DNA of 64,000 nucleotides from Parachlamydiales bacterium (GTDB lineage Bacteria; Chlamydiota; Chlamydiia; Chlamydiales; JAEYWL01): NCBI GenBank assembly GCA_020054065.1, contig JAGVLX010000002.1, positions 1,054 to 65,053 of the forward strand, read 5' to 3'. Shown piece by piece: positions 61,201 to 64,000 of this stretch (position 1 is its first letter; each line of letters starts with the position of its first letter). The notes under the pieces were generated by a model. It saw only the letters and a program-made list of their open reading frames with translations, ran no database searches and was not told where the DNA came from. The position numbers and the translations under genes were made by a program.

Positions 61201-61488
61201 GACCGCTGTCACTTGCGAAAAACCGTTGCGTGAAAGGGAGCGGGTGCTTTCCAGTCCAGGTATTCCGTTAAGAGCATTTTCGATGAGATAGGTGACTTGT
61301 TTTTCGACCTGTTGTGGAGAATATCCCTCCACAAGGGTATTGATTTGCACTTGGTTGTTCGTGACATCGGGAACTGCGTCGATCGGCAATTCATGGAAGG
61401 CGTAAAATCCATAAGCAGCCACGCCAAAGGTCAACATGAGTACCAGGTAGCGGTATTGAATCGAAAAATTTAATATCTTTTCAATCAT
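58243..61488 (-). CDS. czcA: heavy-metal efflux RND pump, CzcA/CusA family
   Basis: 1081 aa, 12-TM RND layout. MIEKILNFSIQYRYLVL..PIDAVPDVTNNQVQINT and TM4 GAIDFGLIVDGAVIIAENC (HME signature). Confidence 0.9.
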   Translation of the reverse strand: MIEKILNFSIQYRYLVLMLTFGVAAYGFYAFHELPIDAVPDVTNNQVQINTLVEGYSPQQVEKQVTYLIENALNGIPGLESTRSLSRNGFSQVTAVFQDKVNIYFARQQITERLGAIRESLPPGAEPTMGPISTGLGEIYMWTVDFQHPRGNDARIVEGHPGWQNDGAYLTPEGQRLYTDEERAAYLRTVQDWIIRPQLQSVTGLAGVDSIGGYVMQYHVEPKPSKLIEYGITLHDIVEALENNNLAAGAGFIEQNGEAFLVKTDARINDMQEIGEVVVKTRDSMPIYLKDIADVVIGKEMRSGSSTKNGREVVTGTAMMLIGSNSRTVSQAVDLKLAEINRTLPPDISADMVMNRTKLIDSTIHTVITNLAEGALLVIAVLFLMLGNFRAALITACVIPLSMLITAIGMVDSRISGNLMSLGAIDFGLIVDGAVIIAENCLRRLALKQKEHGRVLTLSERLHEVTLASKEMIQPSVFGQAIIMIVYIPLLTLSGVEGKMFEPMAMTVIFALIAAFILSLTFVPAVIAIFVTGKVQEHENAAIHKSKELYAPVLQQVVNHPLTVVTAAVVLLIGSGYLFTRLGQEFVPTLDEQDIAVQATRAASTSLNQATKMQFEVEKTLLQFPEVNLVYSKTGTAEMASDPMPPDASDTFVMLKPRSEWPNPKLDKSELIAQMEEELRKLPGNNFEFTQPIEMRFNELIAGVKSDVAVKVYGDDFSIMHQTAVDIAKVLKQIPGAADIIVDKTDGLPIMEVNLKRGPISRHGLSVRDVLDVVQVAVGGGHAGELFEGDRRFDIVVKLAESDRQNIATLENLPVVLPNRKESEGFNYVPLKQVADFNLEEGLNQIGRENGKRLVLVQANVRGSDLGTFVEAAKKEIAAKVIIPPGYWIAWGGQFEHLMSARDRLLIVVPICFFLILVLLFTAFNSFKYALLVFSGVPLALTGGIAALWLRDMPFSISAAVGFIALSGIAVLNGLVMVTYINQLREEGKNPEQAINEGALTRLRPVLVTALVASLGFLPMALATGAGAEVQKPLATVVIGGLISSTFLTLLVLPALYRLFSREKKLFTLGKLQPAQQVIDL

Positions 61489-61492
61489 GGGA

Positions 61493-62668
61493 TTAATCCG
61501 GCTCCCCTTTCGTCAATTCGAACTTCAGGATAAAGGCATTTTTTGCAACATATGGATCGCCTGGTTTCAACCCTGCGACAATCTCGGTTGCTTGCCCATC
61601 GGAGCGTCCAACTGTCACCGGCCGTTTTTCGAAGTGGCCTTCATGTTGAATGAAAACATAGTCTTGGTTTTCCATTTTGACGACAGCTTCTTGTGGCACG
61701 ACGAGCGGAGAGGTGAACTCTCCGACATTCAAACGGGCCGTCACATAGGTTCCAGGACGCCAGTTACCTTTACGGTTATCGAGTTGAGCCACCACTTTAA
61801 CGCGTGAACTTTCAGGATCCACAATCGGACTGAGCTTGATCACTTGAGCATCGGCATTTTCACCAAGGTCATTTAAGATTTGAATTTTTTGACCTTCACG
61901 TGCTGATGGGAGGTCTTTGGGATAGATGCCTAGTTCGATCCGGACTGTGTTCAAATCAGCAATGACATACGCTTCTTGTCCCGCTTCTACCGTTTCACCG
62001 CGCGTTAGGTGGCGATTGATAATGGTTCCTGAAAAAGGTGCTTTAATTTCATACAGGCGCAAATCGGTCGTCAGTCTATTCGGTAGCTGGGTAATTTCTT
62101 GCTCGGAAAGTCCTAATGAAAACAAACGTTGCCGGGCCAACTCTTTTTCCATGCGCGCTTCATCCGCTAATGCTTCAGCTTGCAGATACTCTTGTTCGGC
62201 ACCGACTTTTTTATCTTTTAAAATTTTCTCTTTTTGCAAAAGGGTGATTGCCAAACGTTCTCGTCGATCAGCTGTTAAATAAGCCGCTTTAGCTTCGGCA
62301 ATCTCTTTACTTTCAATCAACGCTAACACTTCACCGGCTTCGACTTTGTCTCCGATATTGTGGCGTGCTTCCTTCACAATACCTGCGCTATGGGTCACAA
62401 GATGGGCATACGATTCTGGATTGATGGCAATTTTGCCTGGAAGAGTGATCGAAAGCTTTAATTTTCCGGGACCAGCTTTCCGCATTTCAATGCCACCGTT
62501 GCGAATCTGTTCGTCTGATAGGGCTAACTCCCCTTCTTCAGTTTCCTCTTCGGCAGCTGTAGATTCAGCAGTCTGGTTTTGATACGTATGGCGGATCTGA
62601 AACATCAGAGCGGATACAGCCAAAGCGACGATGGCAACAGGTAGGATAATCTTAGTCTTGCTTACCAT
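61493..62668 (-). CDS. czcB: RND efflux periplasmic adaptor (CzcB/HlyD family)
   Basis: N-terminal anchor, then ALSDEQIRNGGIEMRKA, coiled-coil hairpin and beta-barrel segments. It ends 4 nt before czcA. Confidence 0.85.
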   Translation of the reverse strand: MVSKTKIILPVAIVALAVSALMFQIRHTYQNQTAESTAAEEETEEGELALSDEQIRNGGIEMRKAGPGKLKLSITLPGKIAINPESYAHLVTHSAGIVKEARHNIGDKVEAGEVLALIESKEIAEAKAAYLTADRRERLAITLLQKEKILKDKKVGAEQEYLQAEALADEARMEKELARQRLFSLGLSEQEITQLPNRLTTDLRLYEIKAPFSGTIINRHLTRGETVEAGQEAYVIADLNTVRIELGIYPKDLPSAREGQKIQILNDLGENADAQVIKLSPIVDPESSRVKVVAQLDNRKGNWRPGTYVTARLNVGEFTSPLVVPQEAVVKMENQDYVFIQHEGHFEKRPVTVGRSDGQATEIVAGLKPGDPYVAKNAFILKFELTKGEPD

Positions 62669-62712
62669 AAGCGTATTCCTTTAATCGGGTTGACAATGCG
62701 GTTTGAGGTTGT

Positions 62713-64000
62713 TTACCAATTTGTTACCAACCTCTTAAGTTCCGCTTGTTTCAAATGATATTCCAATAAATAATCAACATATTGTTCTTGAGCGGTGAAC
62801 ATGCTTCGCTGTGTGTCCAACACTTCTAAATAATCGTGCTTACCTTGTTCAAAACGGGTTTGAATTTGTTCAAAGGCATCCATTGCCTCGACCAGCACTT
62901 GATCTTTGTAGTCGATGATCACATCATAGGCACTGGTCATATCTTGATAGTCTGAATGCAACTGGCTTTCAAGATCAAGGAGTAATTGCTGGCGCTGATA
63001 TTCCGTTTGATAAATTTGTGAATAGGCCTTTGCAATGTTGCCTTGGTTACGATCGCTGATCGGAATGGGAATTGAAAAATTGATGAAAAACGCAAATTCA
63101 TCCCCTTTCCAGCTATCTTGTTTCACCCCTGCTTCTACGGTTAAATCAGGCACGGCATTAGCACGCGCTAAACTGATTGCGCTGTAACCTGCATCGATTT
63201 CCGCATCTTTTTTGATGACGGAAGGATGTTCGATCAACCGAGACGCGATTGTTTCAAAAGCAATAGGTTCGCGTACTTGGTAGAAAAGATAATCAACACA
63301 TTCAAAGTCCACATCTACACTGCCCATCAAAACGGCAAGTTGTTTTTTCGCATTTTCATACTGACGCTTTGTCCGAGCAGCATGGATTTTTGTTGCCGCA
63401 ACAGCGACTTTGGCTTTGCTCTCTTGGAGAGACGGCAATTTTCCGGCGCTCACTTTAGCACTGACGACTTCCTGAACATTTTCAGCAATGCGCCGATGTT
63501 CTTCCGCTAAACAAAGTTTCAGCTGGATCGCATATACTTTCAAATACGCGCTGATCACATTAAATTGTACATTACGGATAGCGATTTGATAGTCAAAAAA
63601 AGATACTTGCTCCAAACCATCCGCAGCTGCAACACGTGCGCATCGTTTTCCGCCCAGCTCAAATTCTTGCTCTATACTGTATGATACACTTCCTGCGCTA
63701 CAATTGTTGTTATTCGCACAGGCGCCGTCGCCGCCGGGACCAATATCCAAATTAAATGAAGGGTTAGGCCTTAACCCCGCAGTCACCGTATCATTTTCTT
63801 TATTAGCGATTTCCCAAGCAGCAATCTGAATGACAGGCGCTTGGAGACTAGCGCGCATGATTGCATCATCTAGCCTTAAAATCTTGCCAGTCAAAGGGTA
63901 GGAAGGAATATTGAATGATGAGCAATCAATTATTTTTGGTTCTTGGATCTTAGGTTGTTCTTGAGCAATGACTTCAAAACTTACACACAGTATCAGTGAA
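62713..64000 (-). CDS. czcC: outer-membrane efflux protein, TolC/CzcC family (5' end beyond window)
   Basis: Two OEP repeats with long helices. The reading frame stays open upstream of the track's TTG (63894) to base 64000 (..LILCVSFEVIAQEQPKIQEP..), so the true start is off-window. Confidence 0.8.
   Translation of the reverse strand, partial: SLILCVSFEVIAQEQPKIQEPKIIDCSSFNIPSYPLTGKILRLDDAIMRASLQAPVIQIAAWEIANKENDTVTAGLRPNPSFNLDIGPGGDGACANNNNCSAGSVSYSIEQEFELGGKRCARVAAADGLEQVSFFDYQIAIRNVQFNVISAYLKVYAIQLKLCLAEEHRRIAENVQEVVSAKVSAGKLPSLQESKAKVAVAATKIHAARTKRQYENAKKQLAVLMGSVDVDFECVDYLFYQVREPIAFETIASRLIEHPSVIKKDAEIDAGYSAISLARANAVPDLTVEAGVKQDSWKGDEFAFFINFSIPIPISDRNQGNIAKAYSQIYQTEYQRQQLLLDLESQLHSDYQDMTSAYDVIIDYKDQVLVEAMDAFEQIQTRFEQGKHDYLEVLDTQRSMFTAQEQYVDYLLEYHLKQAELKRLVTNW

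Overview
This window comes from a Chlamydia-like bacterium, probably an amoeba-associated lineage outside the Chlamydiaceae, with GC in the mid-40s % by eye. Several housekeeping blocks keep the gene order I recall for Chlamydia trachomatis. These are rpoA-rpsK-rpsM-secY plus 18 ribosomal protein genes ending at rplC (1-11893), fmt-lpxA-fabZ-lpxC, hisS-aspS-mip-trmL-trxA, pheS-rplT-rpmI-infC, and glyQS (fused)/dnaG. Lineage-specific genes lie between the blocks. They include an F-box/beta-propeller protein, a membrane protein with a polyproline N-terminus inside a small paralog cluster, and a Cys/Tyr-rich lipoprotein. They also include an acidic Cys-motif secreted protein, a PhoD-like phosphatase ending in a Ras-like CC..CaaX tail, and an 875-aa protein with two HEPN-like modules. 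A heptose (hldE/hldD) cluster lies near a degenerate AsnB-like protein, and a czcCBA-type RND efflux operon runs off the right edge. The observations I rate highest are: (1) a catalytically gutted ThrRS paralog kept in the thrS-infC slot, whose ATG directly follows a tRNA-Val; (2) two families of long intergenic palindromic repeat elements built from 6-9 nt units, with 13 copies, almost all exactly at gene 3' ends; (3) the tandem HEPN-like protein. I found no CRISPR array, transposase, integrase or rRNA. All functional calls rest on motif recognition by eye, because no searches could be run.
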